Below, in pieces: positions 25,406-36,146 of a DNA stretch of 64,000 nt. The DNA is from Solirubrobacterales bacterium. Its GTDB lineage: Bacteria > Actinomycetota > Thermoleophilia > Solirubrobacterales > 70-9. Location of the stretch: assembly GCA_040508545.1 (NCBI GenBank), contig JBEVMR010000098.1, forward strand, positions 2,885 through 66,884, given 5' to 3'. The position numbers and the translations under genes were made by a program. The notes below the pieces were generated by a model. That model saw only the letters and a program-made list of their open reading frames with translations, did not search any database and was not told the origin of the DNA. Numbering within the stretch: position 1 is the stretch's first letter; every line of letters begins with the position of its first letter.

Positions 25406-25996
25406 TTAGCTCGCCGCTTCGACCGCCTCCTCCAACCGGTCGTCCCCCCAGAAGACCTCGTCGCCGACGGCCAGTGAAGGGACGCCGATCACGCCGCGCT
25501 CGGCGGCCTTGTCGGTCGCCTCGATCAGGGCCTGCTTGACGCCTTCGGTCCCCGCCGCCTTCGAGACCGCGTTGGGGTGCAGCTCGCAGGCGGCCGCGGC
25601 GATCAGCACGTTGTCGTGCTCGGTCAGGTCGCGGCCGGCGGCAAAGGCCTGGCGGAAGGCGGCGAGGGCAAAGGAGACGGTTCGTCCGGTCTGCTTGGCA
25701 AAGGTGGCGACGCGCATCGCGAAGAGCGTGTTGCCGGGCCAGGGCTCGGGCCAAACCAGGCGCTGCAGCCCGTATTCGGCGGCGCGCCGTTCGACCTCGG
25801 CGATCCCGTCATCCCGTTCGGGGCCGTTCGACCAGGAGTCGCGGCCGAAGCGCTTGAAGAGTCCGCCGAGCAGGATCGGCTGCCACTCCGGCTGCTCCAG
25901 CTCGGCGTCGGTGAAGACGCCGCTGATCCGCTCCGCGGTCAGGTATGCGTAAGGCGAGCCCAGGTCGAAATAGAAAGTGGCACGCTCGCCGCTCAA
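25406..25996 (-). CDS. DsbA-family / 2-hydroxychromene-2-carboxylate isomerase-like thioredoxin-fold protein
   Basis: FYFDLGSPYAYL ... GVIGVPSLAVGDEVFWGDDRLEEA. TTG at 25996 overlaps the lpdA stop (TTGA). The start is uncertain. Confidence 0.75.
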   Translation of the reverse strand: MSGERATFYFDLGSPYAYLTAERISGVFTDAELEQPEWQPILLGGLFKRFGRDSWSNGPERDDGIAEVERRAAEYGLQRLVWPEPWPGNTLFAMRVATFAKQTGRTVSFALAAFRQAFAAGRDLTEHDNVLIAAAACELHPNAVSKAAGTEGVKQALIEATDKAAERGVIGVPSLAVGDEVFWGDDRLEEAVEAAS

Positions 25997-27360
25997 GCGT
26001 GCGTCGCCCAGCCGTCCACGGCTCGCGCCGCTTCGAAGATCGCCTCGGAGATCGTCGGGTGCGGGTGAACGATCCGGGCGAGCTCTTGGTAGCCGCCCTC
26101 CAGCGCCATCGTCGCGACCAGCTCGGCGATCATGTCGCAAGCCCGGTTGCCGACGATGTGGGCGCCGAGGATCTCCCCGTACTTGGCGTCGACGACGAGC
26201 TTGACCATGCCTTCTTTGTCGTCGTAGACGGTCGCCCCGCCGACCCCGCCCAGTTTGAGCTTGCCGATCTTGACCTCGTGCCCGGCCTCCTTCGCCGCCG
26301 CCTCGGTCAGGCCGACGCTCGCCACCTGCGGGTGGCAGAAGGTGGCGCCGGCGACGAGCTTCTGGTCGACCGGGTGGGTCGCGGCGCCGGCGGCCTGCTC
26401 GGCCGCGACGACGCCCTCGTCGGATGCCTTGTGGGCGAGCGCCTTGGCGTTGACCAGGTCGCCGATCGCGTAGACCTTGGAGTTGGACGTGCGGCCGAGC
26501 TCGTCGACCTTGACCTTGCCGTTCTCCTCCAGCTCCACGCCTGCCGCCTCGAGGCCGAGCCCCTCGACGTCGGCGCCGCGGCCGCCGGCGATGCAGAGGT
26601 AATCGACCTCCGCCGACTCGCCGCCGTAGGAGAGCTTGACCGACGAGCCGCCCGCCTCGACGTTCTCGACTGGAGTACCGGTGGAGATCGTGATGTTCTG
26701 CTTCTTGAAAGCCCTCTCGACGATCCGCGCCATGTCCTTGTCCTCGGCGGGGAGGATCTGGCCGAGCATCTCGATCAGCAGCACCTCGGTGCCGAAGCGG
26801 CCGTAGGCGGAGGCGATCTCGCAACCCGAGGCGCCGGCGCCGACGACCGCGATCTTCTTGGGCCGCTCGGGCAGCGACCACGCGCCCCACGTGTCGAGCA
26901 CGCGGTCGCCGAACTCGACCCCCGGGATCGGCAGGGCGACCGAGCCGGTCGCGAGCACCACGGCGCCGGCCTCGTAGACGTCGTCGCCGACCTGGACGTT
27001 GCCCTCGGCGGTGAGCGAGCCGTCGCCCTCGATCACGGTCACCTTGTTTCTGTCCCAGAGCATCTTCACGCCGTTGGAGAGCGATTCCGAGACTGCGGCG
27101 CGGCGCTTGCCGAGCGCGTCCCAGTCGAGCGACACGCCCTCGGCCACGACGCCCAGCTCGGCGCTGCTCTGCGCCTGGTGGTAGATCTCGGCGGTGCGGA
27201 GCACGGTCTTGGCCGGGATGCAGGCGTAGTTGAGGCAGCGCCCACCCGCTTTGTCGCGCTCGACCACGGCCGTCTTGCGGCCCAGCTGGGCCGAGCGGAT
27301 CGCGGCAACGTAGCCGCCAGGGCCCCCGCCGATGACGATCGTGTCGAAGGATTCAGCCAA
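25993..27360 (-). CDS. lpdA: Dihydrolipoyl dehydrogenase (E3)
   Basis: 455 aa. FAD motif IVIGGGPGGYVAA, redox disulfide GGRCLNYACIPAK, NAD motif VVGAGASGCE. Confidence 0.95.
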   Translation of the reverse strand: MAESFDTIVIGGGPGGYVAAIRSAQLGRKTAVVERDKAGGRCLNYACIPAKTVLRTAEIYHQAQSSAELGVVAEGVSLDWDALGKRRAAVSESLSNGVKMLWDRNKVTVIEGDGSLTAEGNVQVGDDVYEAGAVVLATGSVALPIPGVEFGDRVLDTWGAWSLPERPKKIAVVGAGASGCEIASAYGRFGTEVLLIEMLGQILPAEDKDMARIVERAFKKQNITISTGTPVENVEAGGSSVKLSYGGESAEVDYLCIAGGRGADVEGLGLEAAGVELEENGKVKVDELGRTSNSKVYAIGDLVNAKALAHKASDEGVVAAEQAAGAATHPVDQKLVAGATFCHPQVASVGLTEAAAKEAGHEVKIGKLKLGGVGGATVYDDKEGMVKLVVDAKYGEILGAHIVGNRACDMIAELVATMALEGGYQELARIVHPHPTISEAIFEAARAVDGWATHA

Positions 27361-27384
27361 GGAGTTTGAGCCTATAGAACCGGC

Positions 27385-27912
27385 TCAGTCGCGGCTCGGC
27401 ATCTGGATCCGCGCCATCGCCTTGACCATGAAGAAGAAGAAGGTGCCGGAGACGACGAGAAGGCCAAGCGTCGTCGCGATCTCCGCCAGGCTCGACGCCT
27501 GCACTGCGAGGCCGAAGACGGCGCTGAAGATTAGGAAGACGAGCAGCAGCTGGAAGCCGAGCACGGCCCAATAGCGGGCGCGCCACATGCCCCAGGCCAT
27601 CACGCCCATGATCAGGGCGGGGGCGAGCACCTGGGCCAGGCGTGGTTTGTCGCCTTCGACCTCGACCCCGGCCAGGTAGCCGACGAGGATCGAGGCGCAG
27701 ATCAGGCCTGCGACCACGGCGCCGATCGTCACTACAAGCGGCCGCTCGCCCTCCTCCAGCGGCTCGAGGCTCTCGCGCACTTCCTGGTTGCGTTCCTCGG
27801 CGCGGGCGTAGCCCCGTTGCATCCGCTCACGCGGGGTGGGCTTTGCGCCGGGAGCCGGCGAGTCGCTGCCGCGCTGCTTGCGCTTGCGCGGGGCGTCGGA
27901 GCTGTCAGGCAC
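27385..27912 (-). CDS. Small membrane protein with a basic N-terminus
   Basis: Four hydrophobic spans. GTG at 27912 overlaps the thiE stop by 8 nt. Alternative starts are at 27984 and 27822. Confidence 0.55.
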   Translation of the reverse strand: MPDSSDAPRKRKQRGSDSPAPGAKPTPRERMQRGYARAEERNQEVRESLEPLEEGERPLVVTIGAVVAGLICASILVGYLAGVEVEGDKPRLAQVLAPALIMGVMAWGMWRARYWAVLGFQLLLVFLIFSAVFGLAVQASSLAEIATTLGLLVVSGTFFFFMVKAMARIQMPSRD

Positions 27913-28591
27913 CGGGCGCCGCCTCGCCGACGGCATCGAAGGCGCCGCGCAGCGCTTCCGCCACCGCGGTCGGCTCTGCGGCATCGCGGATCGCCCGCAC
28001 GACGCCGAGCCGCCGCGCTCCGGCGCCGACGACCTCGCCGGCGTTCGACGGGTCGATGCCGCCGATCGCGAAGAAGGGGTGGGGGGCCGCGGTGGCGGCG
28101 TGCTCGACCAAGCCGAGGCCGACGCCGGGCCGTCCAGCTTTCGTCGGCGTCTCCCAGATCGGCCCCACGCTGACGTAGTCCACCGGCTGCTCGGCGCTTG
28201 CCGCGAGCTGCTCTTGCGAGTGGGTCGAGAGGCCGATGATCACCTCCGGTCCCAGCAGCTCGCGCGCCTCGGCCGCCGAGGCGTCGTCCTGGCCGACGTG
28301 GACGCCGTCGGCATCGCAGGTCCGCGCCAGCCAGGGGTCGTCGTTGACGATGAAGAGGGCGCTGTAGGTGTCGCAGAGGCGGCGGAAGGTCTGCGCCGAG
28401 CGCTGGATCTCCTCGCGACCCAGCTCCTTCTCACGCAGCTGGACGATGTCGACGCCGCCGCCGAGCGCGGCCTGGAGCAGCGCTTCGGGGTCGCGGCCGC
28501 CTGGGCGCGCCTCGCAGACGAAGTAGAGCCGCGCCGTGCGCAGCCGCTCGCGTCGCAGGGGGCCGCGGGACTCAGGGGGCGCCAAGCTCAT
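27905..28591 (-). CDS. thiE: Thiamine-phosphate synthase
   Basis: 228 aa. LYFVCE..., VDIVQLREK, DGVHVGQDD, IGLSTH, DYVSVGPIWETPTK, FAIGGI. ATG at 28591; the track ORF is over-extended. Confidence 0.9.
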   Translation of the reverse strand: MSLAPPESRGPLRRERLRTARLYFVCEARPGGRDPEALLQAALGGGVDIVQLREKELGREEIQRSAQTFRRLCDTYSALFIVNDDPWLARTCDADGVHVGQDDASAAEARELLGPEVIIGLSTHSQEQLAASAEQPVDYVSVGPIWETPTKAGRPGVGLGLVEHAATAAPHPFFAIGGIDPSNAGEVVGAGARRLGVVRAIRDAAEPTAVAEALRGAFDAVGEAAPGA

Positions 28592-28659
28592 ATCCCGATT
28601 ATGGCTTGCGAGGCTCGCGAGAGGGGTAGCATCGGGGGAGTAACGGGAGCCGATGGAGC

Positions 28660-28742
28660 CCTGCCGGGTGCCAAGGCTGAGAGGGCGGCATCGAGGCCGC
28701 CGACCGTCTAGACCTGATCCGGGTAATGCCGGCGGAGGCAAG
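28660..28742 (+). promoter_or_regulatory. TPP (THI-box) riboswitch upstream of thiO-thiSG
   Basis: CCGGGUGCC...GCUGAGAGG...GACCUGAUCCGGGUAAUGCCGGCGGAGGCAAG matches the conserved CUGAGA and ACCUGAUC.GG.UAAUGCC.GCG cores. The 3' end contains the GGAGG SD just before the ATG at 28744. Boundaries are approximate. Confidence 0.8.
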
Positions 28743-28743
28743 A

Positions 28744-30860
<2,117 letters not shown>

Positions 30861-30867
30861 TCGGCGC

Positions 30868-30941
30868 GCCCCTGTAGCTCAGTTGGTTAGAGCGGCGGCC
30901 TTTTAAGCCGCGCGGCGCGGGTTCGAATCCCGCCGGGGGCA
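30868..30941 (+). tRNA. tRNA-Lys (anticodon UUU)
   Basis: GCCCCTGTAGCTCAGTTGGTTAGAGCGGCGGCCTTTTAAGCCGCGCGGCGCGGGTTCGAATCCCGCCGGGGGCA. 74-nt cloverleaf, anticodon loop CTTTTAA. Confidence 0.9.
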
Positions 30942-31052
30942 CTCAGTGACAAGCGCCCAATGCCGCCGTCACGGCCTACATTGGATCGACGTATCGGCTC
31001 CCGTGGGTACCGCATTTGGGTACCAAGGAGCCCGTTGGGCGACCGAGCAATT

Positions 31053-31400
31053 TCAAAGAGACCTTGGTCTACCGGCAATTGTTTGGGCCGATTTCAATCC
31101 GGAGATCATCGGACTGAGTGCCGGCGATTCAAGCTGGCTCAAGTAGAACGAGGCGAGCGTCAGCGGCAGGATGCGCAACCCCGTCTCGGTGGGGGAGAGA
31201 CCCAGCCCGACCTGAAAGTAGATCGCCACGAACAGCAGCAACGGGTAGAGCGCGACCTACTGCGCGAAGGCAACCACCGCCGTCCCGGAAAGGCGGGGGT
31301 GCGAACAGCGAGAGCGGCACATCGGCGCCTCGCTGCGGCGCTCGCTCGCCGTCCCTCGACGAGTTTCTCACCACGCTCGCCTCGATCCCCTCGGGGATGC
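31053..31400 (-). pseudogene. Decayed fragment of a DHA2-type MFS transporter gene
   Basis: ...GTAVVAFAQ*VALYPLLLFVAIYFQVGLGLSPTETGLRILPLTLA reads like an MFS transmembrane segment interrupted by an in-frame TAG. The upstream PLSLF segment lies in another frame. The upper boundary is approximate. Confidence 0.45.
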
Positions 31401-31510
31401 TCCTGCCCGTCGCATGCCAGCGACAGGCAATCGATCGCGGCGCCAGTGAAGCGTATGAGCGCAGTACGACACCTGTCTCTAGAGAGTGGAGAAAACTTAA
31501 CTTATTTGAG

Positions 31511-31516
31511 TATAAT
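31511..31516 (+). promoter_or_regulatory. TATAAT hexamer upstream of the small secreted-protein gene (possible -10 box)
   Basis: Perfect TATAAT in an AT-rich stretch (cttatttgagtataatcaag), 112 nt upstream of the ATG at 31628. I did not identify a convincing -35 element. Confidence 0.25.
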
Positions 31517-31627
31517 CAAGAAGTCTCGTTCATCGCAGTGGCGCAGTCGTCATTGTCTGAGGAAGCGTGGTGGGCAGGACACCTAGCCACTGTGAAATCT
31601 GTTCCGTTCAACTCAAGGAGGAAGCAA

Positions 31628-31963
31628 ATGCATACCTTAAAAATGGGCGGGTTTCTCTTGGCAGTGTTAGCGGCGCTACTCGTCACGATGGCTCTCGCGT
31701 CATCGGCGTCGGCAGCCTTCTACTGTGGAGGAGCGACAATCAACAATGCGAACAAGTGCTGGGGTGCTGCCCGCATTATGGGCAATGGCCAAGCGTGGGG
31801 AACGGCTACCGGAGTATGTGTCGGTGCGGATTTGTATTCAGGGACCTGCGCGCCTACCGGCATGTGGGCTTCTGTCAGTGTGCCGCTAGGACCACACTCC
31901 CCGTGGGTAATAGGTACCGCGGCTGCCCACACCAAAGTCGGTGAAGGATTAACCTTTCCCTAG
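31628..31963 (+). CDS. Small secreted 4-cysteine protein
   Basis: 111 aa. Strong SD AAGGAGGAAG 6 nt before the ATG. Signal peptide MHTLKMGGFLLAVLAALLVTMALASSASA followed by AFYCGG. Four Cys in the mature part. Low GC. Confidence 0.55.
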   Translation: MHTLKMGGFLLAVLAALLVTMALASSASAAFYCGGATINNANKCWGAARIMGNGQAWGTATGVCVGADLYSGTCAPTGMWASVSVPLGPHSPWVIGTAAAHTKVGEGLTFP

Positions 31964-32012
31964 ATGCCAACGGCGCTGCATGTCGTGACAGCTAGTCCTG
32001 TGCCCTGAAGAA

Positions 32013-32648
32013 ATGCCGAGTAAGCGCGAGCATCAGGCAGTGGCCTCCACCGTGGCGTCGGGGAGATGGTGGTTAGGCGTGATGCTCGCGCTCGTACTCT
32101 CAATGAGTGTGTCGGCATGTGGCGCCGTCCGAGAGGGCAGTGGTCAAGCGTCCAATAGAATCGAGTCGATTCCAAGCACTGCGTCAGGAGGGGCTGTTAC
32201 TGACGACAATATCTCCCCCTTGCTGCTGTCCAACTTCCCACTGCTGCGTACTCCTCGCGATGGCCTTCCTCTCGCCATCAGACAAAGGCTGCGTGTGCCG
32301 TTCGCCGGAATGAAATGGAATCTCGCCCGACGAATCCCAACTTCGCTGCCGGGTGGCCACTGGCTGGCTCCAGGTGTCAATCGCCTCTGCATCGTTGCGG
32401 TGAGCCCGGACTCCCGATCGATCGGGACCGTTTGCGGGATCGTCAATCAGGCGTTGCGTCGTGGAATCGCGAATACTTCGGTGAACCCGGTCTCGCGCCG
32501 ACGCGTCATCGTTGGTGTGGCACCGCAGGGAACCCATGCCGTCCTTCTGCAAAGTGGTGCCGAGACCATCTCTGTGCGGGTGCGGCACGGGCGGTTCGTG
32601 CTTCGGGATGCCGTCCTTTCACCGCCAGATCAGCTGACTCTTCGCTAG
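32013..32648 (+). CDS. Putative lipoprotein
   Basis: 211 aa. Hydrophobic segment WWLGVMLALVLSMSVSAC with a lipobox-like VSAC. Low GC. No recognised family. Confidence 0.5.
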   Translation: MPSKREHQAVASTVASGRWWLGVMLALVLSMSVSACGAVREGSGQASNRIESIPSTASGGAVTDDNISPLLLSNFPLLRTPRDGLPLAIRQRLRVPFAGMKWNLARRIPTSLPGGHWLAPGVNRLCIVAVSPDSRSIGTVCGIVNQALRRGIANTSVNPVSRRRVIVGVAPQGTHAVLLQSGAETISVRVRHGRFVLRDAVLSPPDQLTLR

Positions 32649-32651
32649 GTG

Positions 32652-32933
32652 TCAACGCTCGGAATCGATCCAGACGCGTAGCGCCCGTTGCAACCCATCT
32701 CTCTGGCGGGGGTCTGCTACCGCCTCCGAATCCTGCAAGCTGGCGAATCGCTCGAACCACTCGCTGAGCAGATCTCGTATGGGGTTGCAGGCGGGATCGT
32801 CGACTCGCTGAAAGAAGCCATAGTCGCTTTCGTGCGCCCGCTTAGGTTGGGGGTCGCGCCGGGCAACATCCGGAAACAGTGGAGAGTCAGAAACCACAGC
32901 GAGATCATGCCGCTTCCCCTGCGATATGGCCAC
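32652..32933 (-). CDS. Hypothetical 93-aa ORF, probably a 5' gene fragment
   Basis: Low-GC ATG ORF that ends abruptly 3 nt from the lipoprotein gene. No recognised motifs. Confidence 0.3.
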   Translation of the reverse strand: MAISQGKRHDLAVVSDSPLFPDVARRDPQPKRAHESDYGFFQRVDDPACNPIRDLLSEWFERFASLQDSEAVADPRQRDGLQRALRVWIDSER

Positions 32934-32998
32934 GGTCTACGGCTCTCATGCTCATCGCATCGGTTGGCCCGACGCCGACGAGATCGAGGCCATCTCGT

Positions 32999-33045
32999 TC
33001 AGGCTCATAACCCGAAGGTCGCAGGTTCGAATCCTGCCCCCGCTA
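32999..33045 (+). pseudogene. 3' fragment of an initiator-type tRNA-Met (CAU)
   Basis: TCAGGCTCATAACCCGAAGGTCGCAGGTTCGAATCCTGCCCCCGCTA corresponds to the anticodon arm through the acceptor 3' strand of tRNA-fMet, with one stem mismatch. The upstream sequence cannot form the matching 5' acceptor strand. Confidence 0.65.
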
Positions 33046-33096
33046 TGGGCCTTGTGCGGGTACCAGTCGGGTACCAATTTTGTTGCGACGCGGCTG

Positions 33097-35259
33097 TTAG
33101 AGCAGCTCTACGAGGCGTCGTGCGGCGCGGGCGGCGCCGTCGACCTCGACATCTCGGTATTCGACGTCACGGCCGATCTCTTCGGCGATCGCCGCCGCGA
33201 TCCGCTCTGGCGGGGAGTCATCGAAATCCATGCGACGACCAGCTCCGTAGCGTTCGAGCCGATGGCGAACGTGGAAGTTCTGCTCGAAGTGGTGGCGCAG
33301 CGGGAAGTAGAGGAACGGCCGCTTCTGCGCGGTTAGCTCCATCGCCGTCGTGAGCCCGCCCTGGACGACTGCCAGGTCGCAGGCCGCCAGGTGGCGGTAG
33401 AGGTTGTGCACATAGGGGACAACCTCGAGACCGGAATGCGAGGGAAGCGAGGCCGGGTCGATTCGCGGCCCCGCGACGACGATCATGCGCAGGTCGGGGA
33501 CCCTCTCCTTGGCCGCAGGAAAGGAGGTGATCACTCGTCGCAGCAGGTCCGCCCCGACGCCCGAGCCGCCGACGGTGACGATGCAGACCCGCTCGTCGTC
33601 GCCGTAACCCAGCTCGGAGCGCAGCCTGGTGCGATCGCCAAGGTCAGCAGGGTCGAAGCCGGTCACATAGCCGGTGAAGTCGAAGTGGCGCTCGGTCCAG
33701 TCGCGGATCGCCGGCAGCTGTGGTCCGAGTCGCTCGGGGACGATGTCGTCGGGGTTGCCCACGAACAACGCCATGTCACGAACCTCGGGGTGCTCGGCGA
33801 CGTGGTCGACCATGTCGGCGTTGTAGTCAGCGGTCAGGAAGCCTTCGCGCTCATTCCTCTCGTCCATCGGCAGGAAGCCGACGAAGTCGGTCAGCCACGC
33901 GAACGGGACCCGCTTCTCACCTGGGTTCTCATGCAGGTAGTAGTCGAGCTCCCAGGCCTCGTCTCCGATCCAAAGGTCGTAACGCTCGTCGCGCACGACA
34001 TCGTGGAAGAGCATGAAGTTGGCGGCGAGGATCTCGTCCATGCGGCGCAGCGCCTGGAAGCAGTGCAGGTCGTGCTCGGCGGACTCCGACTCGATGTGCC
34101 GGGACTCGTTGGCCAGATGAGCGCTGGCGGGATGGATCTGCTCCCCCTCCGCCTCCAGCACCCTGGTGACCGGGTCCTGAGCGAGCCAGTCGATCCGCAG
34201 GTCGGGATTGAGGCGGCGCATCTCACGGGCGATCGCGATGTCGCGCTGCGCGTGGCCGAGCCCGATCGGCGAGGAGATGTAGAGGGCCCGCGGACGCCCG
34301 TCAGGGCGGTAGACATTGTCGTCGCGGCGCTTGCGCTTGTGCCTGAATGCCTTTTCGGAGAAGTCGCGCAGCGCCAGGTTGACCCGGACCGGCTTGCGCC
34401 CGTGCGGGAAGTGGCCGGCGCCTTTGACCACCTCGAGCTCGGCGCCGGCGAGCCGGGCCAGAGCCCGACCGTCCCGCAGAGGAGTGATCTTGTCCCGGTC
34501 GCCGTGGATCACGAGCACCGGGCATTGGACTCCTCGCGCAAGCTCACGAAGCGTGCGGCGGTCGCTGTGTATGGGCGTTTCGATCGTGGCAATCAGCGTC
34601 TCGGGGTCGGTGTCCAGAGCCCATCCCACCCCGTCCTCGATGCCCTTGGTCGAGTGCGGCTCGGGCAGGCATCGTGAGAGGAACCAGTCCGCGAACTCCG
34701 GGTAGGCCTGGCGCCAGTGGTTTGCATTCATCCGCCCCCACCAGCGGTAGGCCGGCATCGGCATCCGGAAGATCGCTGGGGTCCAGCGGTGGAGCAGGAA
34801 CGAGTACTGCGACGGCGTGTACGGGAACATCGGGCCGATGAAGGCAGCGCCCGCGACGCGTTCGGGGGCGAGCCGTGCCATCTCCAGCTGGTATTGGGCG
34901 CCGCGCGACCAGCTCGCCATGACCGCGCGCTCCGTGCCGGTCGCGTCCATCACGGCAAGGCAGTCGCGGGCGAACTCGGCGGCCTCGTAGCGGCGCGGGT
35001 CGCGGCACCGGGAGGAACGGCCGTTGCCCAGCCCGTCCATGGTCAGCACGCGGAAGTGGCGGGCGAAGTAGGGGACCTGCATCTTCCAGAAGCGAGAATG
35101 GACGAGCGACCAGGTCGGAAGCAGGAAGATGGTCTCCTCGCCCTCGCCGTAGACCTCGTAGAAGAGGTTCATCCCGTCGCGCTCTACGAAACCCTCGCTG
35201 TCCGGATAGCGGGCCCGGCTCTGCTCGCCCTCAGGGCCGGCCGACTCCGCGCTCGGCAC
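33097..35259 (-). CDS. Alpha/beta-hydrolase fused to a GT-B glycosyltransferase (MurG/GT28-like C-terminal half)
   Basis: The N-terminal half (LFYEVYGEG..IFLLPTW ... GDRDKITP) is alpha/beta-hydrolase-like. The C-terminal half (ALYISSPIGLGHAQRDIAIA ... VTVGGSGVG ... VVQGGLTTAMEL) is GT-B-like. GTG at 35259 chosen; the track ORF to 35619 overlaps the TetR gene. Confidence 0.7.
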   Translation of the reverse strand: MPSAESAGPEGEQSRARYPDSEGFVERDGMNLFYEVYGEGEETIFLLPTWSLVHSRFWKMQVPYFARHFRVLTMDGLGNGRSSRCRDPRRYEAAEFARDCLAVMDATGTERAVMASWSRGAQYQLEMARLAPERVAGAAFIGPMFPYTPSQYSFLLHRWTPAIFRMPMPAYRWWGRMNANHWRQAYPEFADWFLSRCLPEPHSTKGIEDGVGWALDTDPETLIATIETPIHSDRRTLRELARGVQCPVLVIHGDRDKITPLRDGRALARLAGAELEVVKGAGHFPHGRKPVRVNLALRDFSEKAFRHKRKRRDDNVYRPDGRPRALYISSPIGLGHAQRDIAIAREMRRLNPDLRIDWLAQDPVTRVLEAEGEQIHPASAHLANESRHIESESAEHDLHCFQALRRMDEILAANFMLFHDVVRDERYDLWIGDEAWELDYYLHENPGEKRVPFAWLTDFVGFLPMDERNEREGFLTADYNADMVDHVAEHPEVRDMALFVGNPDDIVPERLGPQLPAIRDWTERHFDFTGYVTGFDPADLGDRTRLRSELGYGDDERVCIVTVGGSGVGADLLRRVITSFPAAKERVPDLRMIVVAGPRIDPASLPSHSGLEVVPYVHNLYRHLAACDLAVVQGGLTTAMELTAQKRPFLYFPLRHHFEQNFHVRHRLERYGAGRRMDFDDSPPERIAAAIAEEIGRDVEYRDVEVDGAARAARRLVELL

Positions 35260-35276
35260 GATGAGGGCGCCGGCCC

Positions 35277-35909
35277 TCACTTCTTCCCCTCCTCGAGTGA
35301 GGTAAGCCAGTTGTCGATCGAGGCGAGTAACTCGGCGTGGCCGCGGTCGAAGCCGAGCAGGCGCTCGTACAGCAGGCCCTTGTTGAACTGCATCACCAGC
35401 GCCGCCCAGGACTCCGCCGAGAAGCGGACGGGGTCGAGGCCGTACTCCTCGATTGCCTCCGCCAGGGCATCGCGAAGCAATAAGCGCCATTTCTCGCTGA
35501 CACCGTTCAGCCGCTCGCGCAGCTCGGGCTTGTGCCAGGCGAGCGCCTCCAGCTCCGCCCAGACCTTTGGGTAACCCGACGCCAGGTCCTCCTCGATGTA
35601 GGCGACGGCGGTGCGCCACTTCTCGGCGAACGGCGCCGCCGTCGCGTACATCGCCCGCTGGCGCTCGAGAACACGGCCGGTGAATCGCTCCAGGGTCTGC
35701 AGCAGCAGCTCGTCGACCGAGCCGAAGTAGTAGTGAACGAGGCCGTGGTTCTGCCCGGCCTCCCGGGCCAGCTGTCGGGTCGAGATCCCCGCCGCTCCCT
35801 CTCTGACCAAGAGCCGCTCCGCGGCGTCGAGAAACGCCGCGACGTTGACCTGCCTGATCGAGCGGTCGCCCGCAACTCCACTCTCTTCTGGGGCAAGCTT
35901 GTTAGTCAT
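35277..35909 (-). CDS. TetR/AcrR family transcriptional regulator
   Basis: AAERLLVREGAAGISTRQLAREAGQNHGLVHYYFGSVDELL. Confidence 0.85.
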   Translation of the reverse strand: MTNKLAPEESGVAGDRSIRQVNVAAFLDAAERLLVREGAAGISTRQLAREAGQNHGLVHYYFGSVDELLLQTLERFTGRVLERQRAMYATAAPFAEKWRTAVAYIEEDLASGYPKVWAELEALAWHKPELRERLNGVSEKWRLLLRDALAEAIEEYGLDPVRFSAESWAALVMQFNKGLLYERLLGFDRGHAELLASIDNWLTSLEEGKK

Positions 35910-36146
35910 TTGACTAAGTCAAGTATCTAAGCATCTCGTGGCAGGACTTGTCAAGCCTGCTCGATTCGCTGATCTGGGCCAAGCGCCTGCGCGCAGATTG
36001 CGGCGCAGAGGTCGGACCGACCATGAGCAGGAGAGGCGAGTGCCGCAGGAGCGCGGCGAGGGGGCATCCGTCGCATCTCCTGCGACGACACGAATCGCAC
36101 CGCGCGAAACTTTGGCTGGCGTCGCCAAGCCGTCTCCCTATGCTGC

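Noticed and set aside
27355-27390. Possible third copy of the REP-like element (tttgagcc...atag similarity) between lpdA and the upstream membrane protein gene
   Set aside because: Only two short blocks are shared and the characteristic GTGGTTGAGG/CCTCAACCAC arms are absent. It is more simply a small local hairpin (gagcc/ggctc).
31941-31958. Similarity of ggtgaaggatt at the end of the secreted-protein gene to one arm of the purQ palindrome
   Set aside because: Only about 10 nt are shared and there is no inverted partner nearby. This is compatible with chance.
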